Shown piece after piece: positions 1-8,426 of a stretch of 64,000 nucleotides of DNA. The notes under the pieces were generated by a model. The model was given only the letters and a program-made list of their open reading frames with translations, had not been told where the DNA came from and searched no databases. Where the stretch lies: IMG/VR virus record IMGVR_UViG_3300028534_000018, positions 21,934-85,933 of that record; one strand, written 5' to 3'. A program made the translations under genes and the position numbers. The stretch's first letter is position 1; every line of letters begins with the position of its first letter. Source of the DNA: a virus.

Positions 1-2
1 AA

Positions 3-644
3 AAATCAGATGATCAACTTGAAAACAAAAGAAGATTACTTGAAGCAACAAATCATCTTAGAGCAGAATTCTTATCATCGGTAATTGATAGTGATAAACC
101 AGAAAGAATAACGAGAAAAGAATATGAACTTCGACTAGAAAACATTAAAAGAAACTCCAAAAAACTTACTGAAATGACAGTAAGAGAGTTATCAAATAAA
201 CTAAGCGTGTCACAAGATCCAACAGAGATTATTGCAATTACAATAGTAATGATGGATAAGATACATTCAAGTGATGGATACTATAATAGAAATGGTAGAC
301 CAGCACGTGGTTATACGGCATCAAATGGAAAAGATATAGTTGATTTTGTAAACCCTGGTTCCATATCATGGATTGCAGATTACTGGAATGAGAAACTTGA
401 AAAAGAAGATAAGTTCTATAAACAAAAATACATTAAAGCACTAAAAACAAGATGCAATAATATTATTTTGGATAAAAAATCAATATGGGGTATTAGATTC
501 TTTATTGATTTCTTACTCGAACAGGATGAGACTGAAAAGCAAATAACTAATATGGAACCAGAAGAAGAGCATGGGTATGAAAACAATGTAAACAACAATG
601 TTGGATATGAAATTATTATTGAAGATGAAGAAATACCATTTTAG
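3..644 (+). CDS. Hypothetical protein, 5'-truncated by the window edge; acidic C-terminus ending EEIPF
   Basis: The frame of ORF 174..644 is open back to base 3; SSB-like acidic tail. Confidence 0.6.
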   Translation, partial: KSDDQLENKRRLLEATNHLRAEFLSSVIDSDKPERITRKEYELRLENIKRNSKKLTEMTVRELSNKLSVSQDPTEIIAITIVMMDKIHSSDGYYNRNGRPARGYTASNGKDIVDFVNPGSISWIADYWNEKLEKEDKFYKQKYIKALKTRCNNIILDKKSIWGIRFFIDFLLEQDETEKQITNMEPEEEHGYENNVNNNVGYEIIIEDEEIPF

Positions 645-716
645 AATTAAAAGTAAATGAAAGATTAATGAGATTATAATGACAACTCATATAACAAAAT
701 AAAAAGGATTATTAAT

Positions 717-1856
717 ATGAAAAAGATTTTAGTAACTTTTAGTGCATTTAGTGCACTGTTTACTGGAGTAGTTAATGCTGGTGGGAATTTGTCACCTGTT
801 ATTGATATTCAGGAACCAGAAATTACATGTAATGATTTTTATGGATCTATTGGCGTAGGTGGCATTTACAATGATGCTGGTGCAGCACATACTACATTTG
901 GTGTATTTGGTGTACTGGGTGTAGATAAAGAAGTATTTAATGGACTTAGAATTGGAGCAGAAGTGCAAGGTGCTTCATATGGTTTCAATGATGCATCTGG
1001 TTCCACAAGAACAGATAAGCGAGGAAATACACTTGAGCAAGCGGCATTGACTCAACTGAATGTGACCTATCAATTTGAGAATACGGCACTTAAGATAGGT
1101 AGATTTGCGCTTCCATATCGTATTTCTGCGTTGTATGGAACAGGTGGTAGTTATTTCGATATGAAGACACGTACATTTGAAGGAGCGATGTTTTCAAATA
1201 CAGACATTGCAGACACTGTTGTGTGGGGAGCATATCTGTATAACCAAATTGACCACAAGACATCTGGATGGAATGGATTCAATAACATGAATACGCCATC
1301 TATTGGAACCAGTGTGAAGACGAGATCAAATATTGTTGCACTTGGTATCAAGAATAGATCATTTGCAGATACAGTGATCAACCTATCTGGATACTATGGT
1401 ATTGATAGTAAAGATTATAAAGTTGGATTTGATGCAGATACAGCATTTGATGATACAAAAATCAGTTATGGTGGAGCATATAAGCATGTTGGTCTGAGTG
1501 GATTGAATTACAGTATTGTAGGTTTTACTGCAAAACAAGAATTTGAATCTGCTTTCATCAAAGTCGGAATGACATATGGTGATACAGAATATAAAAAATA
1601 TACCGATTTTACGGCACATAATGGCTATAAATTTGACGGAAAATCAACTGGGAAGACTTGGGCATTAGGTGCCAAAATTGGAGCCGATTTTGATGGATAT
1701 AAGCCATATATTGCTGGAAACTATCAACAAGGAAATACTTGGGAAGTATCTGTTGGAACCAGTAAGAAAATTGGTGATATTGAATTCAATATTGACTATA
1801 GACGCAATAGTGCTAAAGCAAATAGATTTAGAGCAAAGGCTGTATATAAGTTCTAA
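717..1856 (+). CDS. Outer-membrane beta-barrel porin-like protein (Campylobacterota MOMP/OprD-like)
   Basis: Sec signal peptide MKKILVTF...VNA, mature start GGNLSPV, amphipathic beta-strands, C-terminal YKF; RBS AAGGA upstream. Confidence 0.8.
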   Translation: MKKILVTFSAFSALFTGVVNAGGNLSPVIDIQEPEITCNDFYGSIGVGGIYNDAGAAHTTFGVFGVLGVDKEVFNGLRIGAEVQGASYGFNDASGSTRTDKRGNTLEQAALTQLNVTYQFENTALKIGRFALPYRISALYGTGGSYFDMKTRTFEGAMFSNTDIADTVVWGAYLYNQIDHKTSGWNGFNNMNTPSIGTSVKTRSNIVALGIKNRSFADTVINLSGYYGIDSKDYKVGFDADTAFDDTKISYGGAYKHVGLSGLNYSIVGFTAKQEFESAFIKVGMTYGDTEYKKYTDFTAHNGYKFDGKSTGKTWALGAKIGADFDGYKPYIAGNYQQGNTWEVSVGTSKKIGDIEFNIDYRRNSAKANRFRAKAVYKF

Positions 1857-1880
1857 ATCATAAACAATAAGGAACAAAAA

Positions 1881-2522
1881 ATGCAGAATGATTTAGACAA
1901 AGAGTATAAAAAAAAAATTCAAAAAATTAAAGAACTAAATACTACACAGCTTCGTGAAAATAATTACGAAGCTATCTTAAAAATTCACTTCGAAAACAAT
2001 GTAACACTCAAAAAATTATCTAAAGATTGCGATATCTCATATGAAGCACTTACATATGCAAAACGCAAAGCAAGAAAAGATGTAACTGGATTCTTCTTTG
2101 GAAAAAGCATTCGATATGATGTTCGATCAAAAGTACTAGCCGTAAAGGAAGTACAAGCTGGAGCATTGCCACAAGATATTGCACAAAAATATAATGTATC
2201 AGTAGCAACAATTTATAACTGGATGAGAAAATACTCAAAGAACCAGGAAGAACTGCTTGATATGCCAGATGGAGTACCATTTATAGTTGATACAGAAAAT
2301 CATATTTATGGATTACGAAATATCGTAGATGCAATTGAACAACTTGAAGAGTCTATTCGACATCTTGAATTGATTGAGACATTGGCTGAAGAAGAGAAAA
2401 TTGATCTTGGAAAAATGACAAAGGCAAAAATTAAGAAGCAAAAGAAAATGAGTGAAGATAAACGAAATACACTCAAAGAGGCAATGGATATTGTGAAAGA
2501 AAATAAGAGCTTTAAGGCATAG
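1881..2522 (+). CDS. Helix-turn-helix DNA-binding protein with C-terminal coiled coil
   Basis: Two HTH-like segments: TLKKLSKDCDISYEAL and PQDIAQKYNVSVATIYNWMRKY. Confidence 0.65.
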   Translation: MQNDLDKEYKKKIQKIKELNTTQLRENNYEAILKIHFENNVTLKKLSKDCDISYEALTYAKRKARKDVTGFFFGKSIRYDVRSKVLAVKEVQAGALPQDIAQKYNVSVATIYNWMRKYSKNQEELLDMPDGVPFIVDTENHIYGLRNIVDAIEQLEESIRHLELIETLAEEEKIDLGKMTKAKIKKQKKMSEDKRNTLKEAMDIVKENKSFKA

Positions 2523-2578
2523 ACCCTTATCATGGTATTAAGAAAGTATTTTGAACGAAATTTGGTACCATAGCGTTC

Positions 2579-2768
2579 GATTCTGAGCGATTGTAACCAA
2601 ACATGTTAGTCACTCCAATAAAAGGTCGGCGTGGAGCGAGGCAGAACCGAAGCGCAGAACGACTGAGTGAGGTGAGGCGAAGCCGAACCTCACGATGGAG
2701 TTCGAGCATCGGAAGTCTGCCGACGCTTCTAAGCCGACATGATTTATTGTTAGCGTCCGCTCAGGATT
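2579..2768. other. GC-rich long imperfect hairpin (ssi/sso-like priming signal or structured RNA)
   Basis: Nested inverted repeats ctgagcg/cgctcag, caataaa..gtcggc/gccgac..tttattg, ggcaga/tctgcc, gtgagg/cctcac in a non-coding GC island. Confidence 0.55.
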
Positions 2769-2769
2769 C

Positions 2770-2796
2770 AAAAGTTTAAGGCTATATAATACTTAT
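2770..2796 (+). promoter_or_regulatory. 27-bp promoter-like box aaaagtttaaggctatataatacttat, copy 1
   Basis: Exact repeat at 3427-3453; contains TATAAT. Confidence 0.6.
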
Positions 2797-2869
2797 AAGC
2801 ATTAGAAAACCTCACAAACAACGATATAGCTTCAAATGATATGTTTTTTTGACTGTTTTAGGTATATTC

Positions 2870-2903
2870 GGAATATACTTATTGAAATACATAAGTATAT
2901 TCC
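2870..2903. promoter_or_regulatory. Palindromic operator upstream of RepL-like gene 1
   Basis: ggaatatacttat-N8-ataagtatattcc with perfect 13-bp arms. Confidence 0.55.
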
Positions 2904-2947
2904 CGCTATACTTAACTTGACAAGAAAAAGATATAGCAGGAAAGATT

Positions 2948-3412
2948 TTGGAAGAAAGTAATAAAACTATAGCAAATATACCGTTAAATGTGCCTGAAGG
3001 TATGAGTGTAGAATCCAAGCTTGTAAAAATAGAACAAATACCAAGATACTACAAATTAGGGAACGGAGTAAAAAATACATTCATGAAAAATCATACACCA
3101 ATTGATGCAATAACAGAAATGTCAAATATGTCACCACAAGAATTATGGACATTAAAGAAGATAAGAGATAATTTAAAATTAATTGAAGATAAAATTCATG
3201 AACAAGTAAAATATAGAACAAGTTGCAAAGCAGTAGTAATAAATTCAGAAATGACAAATGCAGAAAAGCAAAAATTTAAAACAGGATATAAAAGATTACA
3301 TGAAAAAAATATCTTGAAAAGAATTAAAAGGCAACACTATATGTTAAATCCAGATTTCCTGGTTCCATATTATTACAAACAAGAGAAAGAAGAATTCGAT
3401 AAATTAAACTAA
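2948..3412 (+). CDS. RepL-like winged-helix protein, paralog 1
   Basis: C-terminal GYKRLHEKNILKRIKRQHYMLNPDF wHTH wing motif; close paralog of 3585..4064. Confidence 0.6.
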   Translation: MEESNKTIANIPLNVPEGMSVESKLVKIEQIPRYYKLGNGVKNTFMKNHTPIDAITEMSNMSPQELWTLKKIRDNLKLIEDKIHEQVKYRTSCKAVVINSEMTNAEKQKFKTGYKRLHEKNILKRIKRQHYMLNPDFLVPYYYKQEKEEFDKLN

Positions 3413-3426
3413 TAATCTAAAAAATA

Positions 3427-3453
3427 AAAAGTTTAAGGCTATATAATACTTAT
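3427..3453 (+). promoter_or_regulatory. 27-bp promoter-like box, copy 2
   Basis: Identical to 2770-2796. Confidence 0.6.
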
Positions 3454-3545
3454 TATAAAGGAAGGTATTTTGCAAAGTACCATTTTATGGAACTTTGATA
3501 CAAATTTTTCTTATAGTTAATTATTGTTTTTGGAAAGTTAAGCTA

Positions 3546-3575
3546 TAGATAATTAACTCCTGGTATAATTATCTA
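3546..3575 (+). promoter_or_regulatory. Extended -10 (TGGTATAAT) overlapped by an inverted repeat
   Basis: tagataatta-N10-taattatcta around ctggtataat; ccattttatgg box upstream at 3480. Confidence 0.55.
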
Positions 3576-3584
3576 ACAAGCATT

Positions 3585-4064
3585 TTGATAAAAATCCAGG
3601 AGAGTATTATGAAGACTGAACGTATTATAGTGCAACAGAACATAGAGATACCTAAAAATAAAAAACTAGAAACAAAGATAATAAACAAAAAAGAAATACC
3701 AAGGTTTTACATGATTGGGTCTGGAATTAAAAATGAAAATATCGACAATCATCATCCAATAAGTATGTTTGATATACTGAAAGACATAACACAACCAGAA
3801 CAATATGTAATGGAGGTAATTGGGAAGAGCTTGGAACCAGCATATGATGAGATGAATAAGAAATACTATACAACATGTAAAATAAATATATCTGATATAA
3901 AAATGACACCATCAAATAGAGTGAAATTTTCAAAAGGATATAAAAGATTACATAGTAGAAATATTCTGAAAAAAATTAAGAGACAACATTATATGCTTAA
4001 TCCAGACTTTTTAATACCAACATACTATGAACAAGAGAAAAAAGAATTTGATAAATTAGACTAG
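3585..4064 (+). CDS. RepL-like winged-helix protein, paralog 2 (likely start ATG 3609)
   Basis: GYKRLHSRNILKKIKRQHYMLNPDF; AGGAG precedes ATG 3609. Confidence 0.6.
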   Translation: MIKIQESIMKTERIIVQQNIEIPKNKKLETKIINKKEIPRFYMIGSGIKNENIDNHHPISMFDILKDITQPEQYVMEVIGKSLEPAYDEMNKKYYTTCKINISDIKMTPSNRVKFSKGYKRLHSRNILKKIKRQHYMLNPDFLIPTYYEQEKKEFDKLD

Positions 4065-4151
4065 TCTTCCTTGTTCCATAAGAATTATAAGTATTACGGA
4101 ACCAGGAAGTATTGGTAAGGGTTAGGAGAGGTTTTCACACGTTGCACGGGG

Positions 4152-4268
4152 CTAAAAATCTTTTTGGTAAACCTATGGTGCTTTCACACTTCTTGTTTCT
4201 GAACCCCACCCTGGCGGGTGGGATTCAGAAAAAGAGGCATGACACCATCAGTTCACCAAAAAGATTAG
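4152..4268. other. Long imperfect hairpin in intergenic DNA
   Basis: aatctttttggt/accaaaaagatt, atggtg/caccat, tttctgaa-ccccaccc/gggtggga-ttcagaaa. Confidence 0.55.
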
Positions 4269-4330
4269 CATAGCAATTTTATTTGGTTGATATATATAAT
4301 AGTCATTTTTTAAAAATAACTACGAAATAT

Positions 4331-4406
4331 CCATTTTATGGTACATATCCCTATATTAAAGTGTCTTCTGGTATAATACAAAGTGTCCTGGGATAGAGGA
4401 CACTTT
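4331..4406 (+). promoter_or_regulatory. Promoter/operator module: ccattttatgg box, ctggtataat, palindrome aaagtgtcct-N7-aggacacttt
   Basis: Same geometry as 4942-5017. Confidence 0.6.
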
Positions 4407-4432
4407 TACGATATTTTGGATTGGATTAACAA

Positions 4433-4894
4433 ATGAAGATTACAACTAAAGAGACAGTGGTAACACTTGAAACATATTCACCAATAACTGGAGAAGTTAT
4501 TCCTGTTGAAGGTAGAAAAGTCAAAAGTGATAAATATTATAGCATACAAAAAATAACAACGAGGATAAATGCAATGACTTTTTTAGAAGTATTGACAAAG
4601 ACATGCAAATCATCTAAAGATATTGAAATAGTAAATTTTATTCTTGATAAACAAAAAAGTGATGGTAATATATATATACCAAACATAACAAAAGAAGCAG
4701 AAAATATGGATATAAGCAGATCAAAATTAAATAAAATATTAAAAGAATTATTAAATAATAATTTACTGTATAAAAAAGAAAAAGGTATATATCTAGTAAA
4801 TCCATTTATTTTTATAGGAAAAAAAGTAAGAAGCAACGAAGCAAGAGAAAAACTTCAACAAGAATGGACTGGTTTAGATATTGAAAATAAATGA
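4433..4894 (+). CDS. RepL-like replication/maintenance wHTH protein, paralog 3
   Basis: ISRSKLNKILKELLNNNLLYKKEKGIYLVNPFIF motif; LQQEW end. Confidence 0.7.
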   Translation: MKITTKETVVTLETYSPITGEVIPVEGRKVKSDKYYSIQKITTRINAMTFLEVLTKTCKSSKDIEIVNFILDKQKSDGNIYIPNITKEAENMDISRSKLNKILKELLNNNLLYKKEKGIYLVNPFIFIGKKVRSNEAREKLQQEWTGLDIENK

Positions 4895-4941
4895 TTTTAT
4901 TTATTATATATAAGCGATTTTCGGGAATGTTTAGAGAAGTA

Positions 4942-5017
4942 CCATTTTATGGAAATTAAGAGGAGATTTAGAAGGTAGCTGGTATAATCCAAAAAGGTAG
5001 TTGTGAGCTACCTTTTT
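4942..5017 (+). promoter_or_regulatory. Promoter/operator module: ccattttatgg box, ctggtataat, palindrome aaaaaggtag-N7-ctaccttttt
   Basis: Same spacing as 4331-4406 but a different palindrome sequence. Confidence 0.6.
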
Positions 5018-5052
5018 ATAAGATATTTCAAAAAGCAAAAAGCGAGAATAGT

Positions 5053-5502
5053 ATGGATTATGTAACCAGACATAAAATTATATCACATAAAGTATTAAAT
5101 GAAAATACTGGAGAGCTTGAAAGTAAAAATTTCACAGAGGAAAAGAGATTAAAAAAAATAAGAGGTGGTTTCAATATGATTTATCATAAAAATTATGAAG
5201 ATGTTATGGTTGAAGTAATAAATTCAAATAAAGAATTAAGATTATTTAATTGGATAACGAATCAATTCACATATGATAAAAAAGAAGCATCAATAAGCTA
5301 TCCAGGAAAAGATTTTATAAGCAAACCACAATATTTAAAAATGATAAAAAAATTAATAGAAATTGGATATTTATACAAAGTAAAAAGAGGAACATATATG
5401 TTAAATCCATATATATTTTTACCATATAGAGCAGATGCAGAAAAGCTTCAAAAGGAATGGAGTGAATTAATGTCAACAAAAGGAACTAATGATGAAAAAT
5501 GA
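5053..5502 (+). CDS. RepL-like replication/maintenance wHTH protein, paralog 4
   Basis: NENTGEL N-terminal motif; IKKLIEIGYLYKVKRGTYMLNPYIF; LQKEW. Confidence 0.7.
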   Translation: MDYVTRHKIISHKVLNENTGELESKNFTEEKRLKKIRGGFNMIYHKNYEDVMVEVINSNKELRLFNWITNQFTYDKKEASISYPGKDFISKPQYLKMIKKLIEIGYLYKVKRGTYMLNPYIFLPYRADAEKLQKEWSELMSTKGTNDEK

Positions 5503-5740
5503 TATATATGTTCTCGTTTATGAAATAAATGAATACAATCAAGAAGGTGCATATTTTGAACATGCATGGTGCAAAAAACCAACGAAAGAAGATGTAAGAA
5601 AACTGAACATAAATTTATCAGATGAAGAACTTGATATTATTATGAAATCGATTGACAATAAGAATATAAATACAAGAATTAATAACGGATACATATGGTA
5701 TCGCTTCATTGTGCTGAATGGAGATAATAATGAAAAATAA
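5489..5740 (+). CDS. Small hypothetical early protein
   Basis: RBS and translational coupling to neighbours. Confidence 0.55.
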   Translation: MMKNDIYVLVYEINEYNQEGAYFEHAWCKKPTKEDVRKLNINLSDEELDIIMKSIDNKNINTRINNGYIWYRFIVLNGDNNEK

Positions 5741-5915
5741 TATTGAAATTGATAAAGACGAAAATGTAGAAATTATTGAAAACATTATTAGCATTGTCTT
5801 TGAAGAGCTCACAAGTGGTAAAACAATCGAGGAAGTGAAGAGAAAAATTTCAAGACAAGTGAATAATGAACAGTGGGATACCATAGAAGGCATTATTGAT
5901 AGTATGGGAGTATAA
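5718..5915 (+). CDS. Small hypothetical early protein (likely start 5730)
   Basis: GGAG RBS; tightly packed ORFs. Confidence 0.5.
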   Translation: MEIIMKNNIEIDKDENVEIIENIISIVFEELTSGKTIEEVKRKISRQVNNEQWDTIEGIIDSMGV

Positions 5916-6132
5916 AGGTATGGAAATAACATTAAAGCTGTCAGAACGCGAATATTGCATGATTATTGATGCAATGGAGGAAGGTATGTATTCTGCTGAA
6001 GCAGAAGCGAAGTGGAAAAAATATAAAGAAGAAGAACTGAATGAGTGGGCAGATAGTGTATATAAGCTCATTGAAAAATTAGTAAATAGCGTAGATTACG
6101 ATATTAGAAATTGTGAGTATGAAAGAGGATAG
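5896..6132 (+). CDS. Small hypothetical early protein (likely start 5920)
   Basis: AAGG RBS before ATG 5920. Confidence 0.5.
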   Translation: MIVWEYKGMEITLKLSEREYCMIIDAMEEGMYSAEAEAKWKKYKEEELNEWADSVYKLIEKLVNSVDYDIRNCEYERG

Positions 6133-6134
6133 AA

Positions 6135-6380
6135 ATGGTACATGAAGATCTACTTTACGACTGGTTAGAAGATGCAGACAATCAAAGTAATTATATTGAA
6201 TGGGTAATTCAAACAAAACCAGATTTAGTATTTGATGTTATGTATGATCATCTAATAGGGAACCAGAAAATATTCCCAGAAGATTATGTTGAATTTACTG
6301 AAAATCAAATACTGCAAGAAAGTATTGATGCACAAGAAGCAAGATACGATAGAGATAGAGAAGATAAATTTAGTGAATAA
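6135..6380 (+). CDS. Small acidic hypothetical protein
   Basis: GAGGA RBS. Confidence 0.55.
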   Translation: MVHEDLLYDWLEDADNQSNYIEWVIQTKPDLVFDVMYDHLIGNQKIFPEDYVEFTENQILQESIDAQEARYDRDREDKFSE

Positions 6381-6430
6381 GACATTATATAGTATAATCT
6401 AACAAACAAATAATATATAGGATTATACTT

Positions 6431-6694
6431 ATGACAACTTATACAGCAGATGTTGATCACACTATAGCTTTAGATACTGCATTAAATTTAGTAAATGGAG
6501 TAAAATATTTTCAAAATACTAGCAAGATGAGTCTATTTTATTCAATCAATGAAATAGGAGTAGATGGAAATAAAGGTGCTATTATAGAACCAGGTGAATG
6601 GGTAGGATACCAAGCTCCACAAAATGTATATATCTACAACCCTGGTTCCAAAAATATAAAAGCAACTATACAAGTGCACAATGCAGACATGTAA
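6431..6694 (+). CDS. Small beta-rich hypothetical protein, possibly a virion accessory
   Basis: Own TATAAT at about 6393 and AGGA RBS. Confidence 0.5.
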   Translation: MTTYTADVDHTIALDTALNLVNGVKYFQNTSKMSLFYSINEIGVDGNKGAIIEPGEWVGYQAPQNVYIYNPGSKNIKATIQVHNADM

Positions 6695-6703
6695 GGATGT
6701 ATC

Positions 6704-7939
6704 ATGAAATTTTCACATGGTATATACTTTGGACAGGATGGTAGCAATAGTTCCCCTGGTTCAGCAAACGATTCAAATAGTGGGTCAGTAAGCGAATCAG
6801 TTAGCATATCAAATAGTAATTTAATACCGTACGATACACCAAATGAAGCAAAATATTATGCACAAAGAGATCCAGGATGGATAGATATTGATTCTATGAT
6901 ATCAGAAAATGATCGTACAGACGGTAAAGTAGTTATGTTATCTCTGGTTCCTCCACAAGGAATACTGTATGACATTAAGGTAAAAGGAGTAATATCATCA
7001 AGCACTGGATCGTCTGGAAATGGAAAATTCAAGAAATTTATAAAATATGATGATGTTGATCCAGCTACAACATTAGCATCTGGAGAGAGACAAATAGTTC
7101 TTACTATTACAAGAAATAGTAACAATGATTATATAAAAAACTTGAAAATAAATGAAGGATTCGCAACAAATAATATTGTTGAATTGATCACAATTGGTGC
7201 ACTTGGTGGCTCACTTGGTTTGAGAGATGTTTATCAATTGGATAGATTAAAAATTATCGGTGATAACACAATAACAAGTCTAACAGTAAATGATTCATTG
7301 AAATATTTATCAGCAGATTTAAACAATATAGAAATGATGAATTTTACTTTTAGCAATCTGTATGCTGATATAAATGATTTTGATTTAAAAATAAATTTAA
7401 ATAAACTGAGATCAATGACATATTTCATACAGTATGCAAAAAATACAAAAGAGATTAAATCAGATATGTTCTATGGAACACCAACAAAAAAAATATCAGC
7501 AGGAAAGGCTTTTAGAGGAACGAGAATAGAGAAGATGGAGTTGCCGTTTACTCATAAAATATCAAAATATCATGAATTTGTAAAAGATGTAAAAACAATT
7601 TATGAATTACCAGAAATGGATATGAGTTCTGCGGAGGAATCACCAATATCACTTGATACATATGCATATGTTACACACGTAAAAAATTGTAATAATGATA
7701 TAATTATTTCAGGAAAAAATATATTTTTAACCGAAATAATTCGTACAGGATTGTACGGTATAGTTGATAGAACAGGTGAATCAGAATCTAGAAAACTTAC
7801 AATTGGATACAGTAAAGCAAATTTTGAATATAACAACATGACAGATACAGACATATATCCATTTGAAGGCACAGATTACACCAAACAAGACATTGAAGAC
7901 ATATTTACAAACAAGAATTGGGTACTAGAAGCTGAATAA
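6704..7939 (+). CDS. Hypothetical protein with Gly/Ser-rich N-terminus and LRR/solenoid-like C-terminal half
   Basis: 411-aa ORF; Leu/Ile-periodic segments. Confidence 0.5.
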   Translation: MKFSHGIYFGQDGSNSSPGSANDSNSGSVSESVSISNSNLIPYDTPNEAKYYAQRDPGWIDIDSMISENDRTDGKVVMLSLVPPQGILYDIKVKGVISSSTGSSGNGKFKKFIKYDDVDPATTLASGERQIVLTITRNSNNDYIKNLKINEGFATNNIVELITIGALGGSLGLRDVYQLDRLKIIGDNTITSLTVNDSLKYLSADLNNIEMMNFTFSNLYADINDFDLKINLNKLRSMTYFIQYAKNTKEIKSDMFYGTPTKKISAGKAFRGTRIEKMELPFTHKISKYHEFVKDVKTIYELPEMDMSSAEESPISLDTYAYVTHVKNCNNDIIISGKNIFLTEIIRTGLYGIVDRTGESESRKLTIGYSKANFEYNNMTDTDIYPFEGTDYTKQDIEDIFTNKNWVLEAE

Positions 7940-7949
7940 AGGAACCAGG

Positions 7950-8153
7950 ATGATTAAGACATATTTTGTACATGCAGAAGAAAAAGTAACTATGGTGCGA
8001 ACTACAATATTTTCAGTTGATGCGGAAAGCGAAGAAGAAGCAAAAGAACTTATTCTTGATGGATATGATGCTGATGTAATTGAAGTAGAAGAAGTTGATT
8101 CTGGAGAACCAGAATTTATAAATGAAGATATATGGGAAGTAGAGGAACGATAA
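7950..8153 (+). CDS. Small acidic phage protein (VDAESEEEAKE type)
   Basis: Common small phage protein motif; RBS overlaps a GGAACCAG site. Confidence 0.55.
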   Translation: MIKTYFVHAEEKVTMVRTTIFSVDAESEEEAKELILDGYDADVIEVEEVDSGEPEFINEDIWEVEER

Positions 8154-8404
8154 TTATGCCTAAAAAAAATAAAAAAAAGAAAAAGTTTCTTGAATTATAT
8201 GAATCAAAGGGTAATCAATATTTTAACGGAAACTGTAAAAGAAAAAAAAGATTTGATTTAGGAAGAAGAGTATTTAAAGGCACAGAAGAATGTATTGTTT
8301 GTGGATTTAATTCTGATTGCACATATGATATTTTTAGCTGGGAAACAAAAACTGTTCAAACAGTAACAAAGGATGAGATTTCAAATAAACCATTTGACAG
8401 CTGA
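8132..8404 (+). CDS. Small basic Cys-containing hypothetical protein (likely start 8156)
   Basis: CxxC...C motif. Confidence 0.45.
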   Translation: MGSRGTIIMPKKNKKKKKFLELYESKGNQYFNGNCKRKKRFDLGRRVFKGTEECIVCGFNSDCTYDIFSWETKTVQTVTKDEISNKPFDS

Positions 8405-8426
8405 TCCTTCTTAGAAAAGGATAAAA

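Noticed and set aside
1881..2522. IS3-family transposase OrfA / insertion sequence
   Set aside because: An HTH is present but there is no DDE OrfB, terminal inverted repeats or target duplication
2579..2768. tRNA or rRNA gene in the GC-rich intergenic island
   Set aside because: No cloverleaf with a properly placed T-arm and acceptor stem; no tRNA or rRNA recognised anywhere in the window
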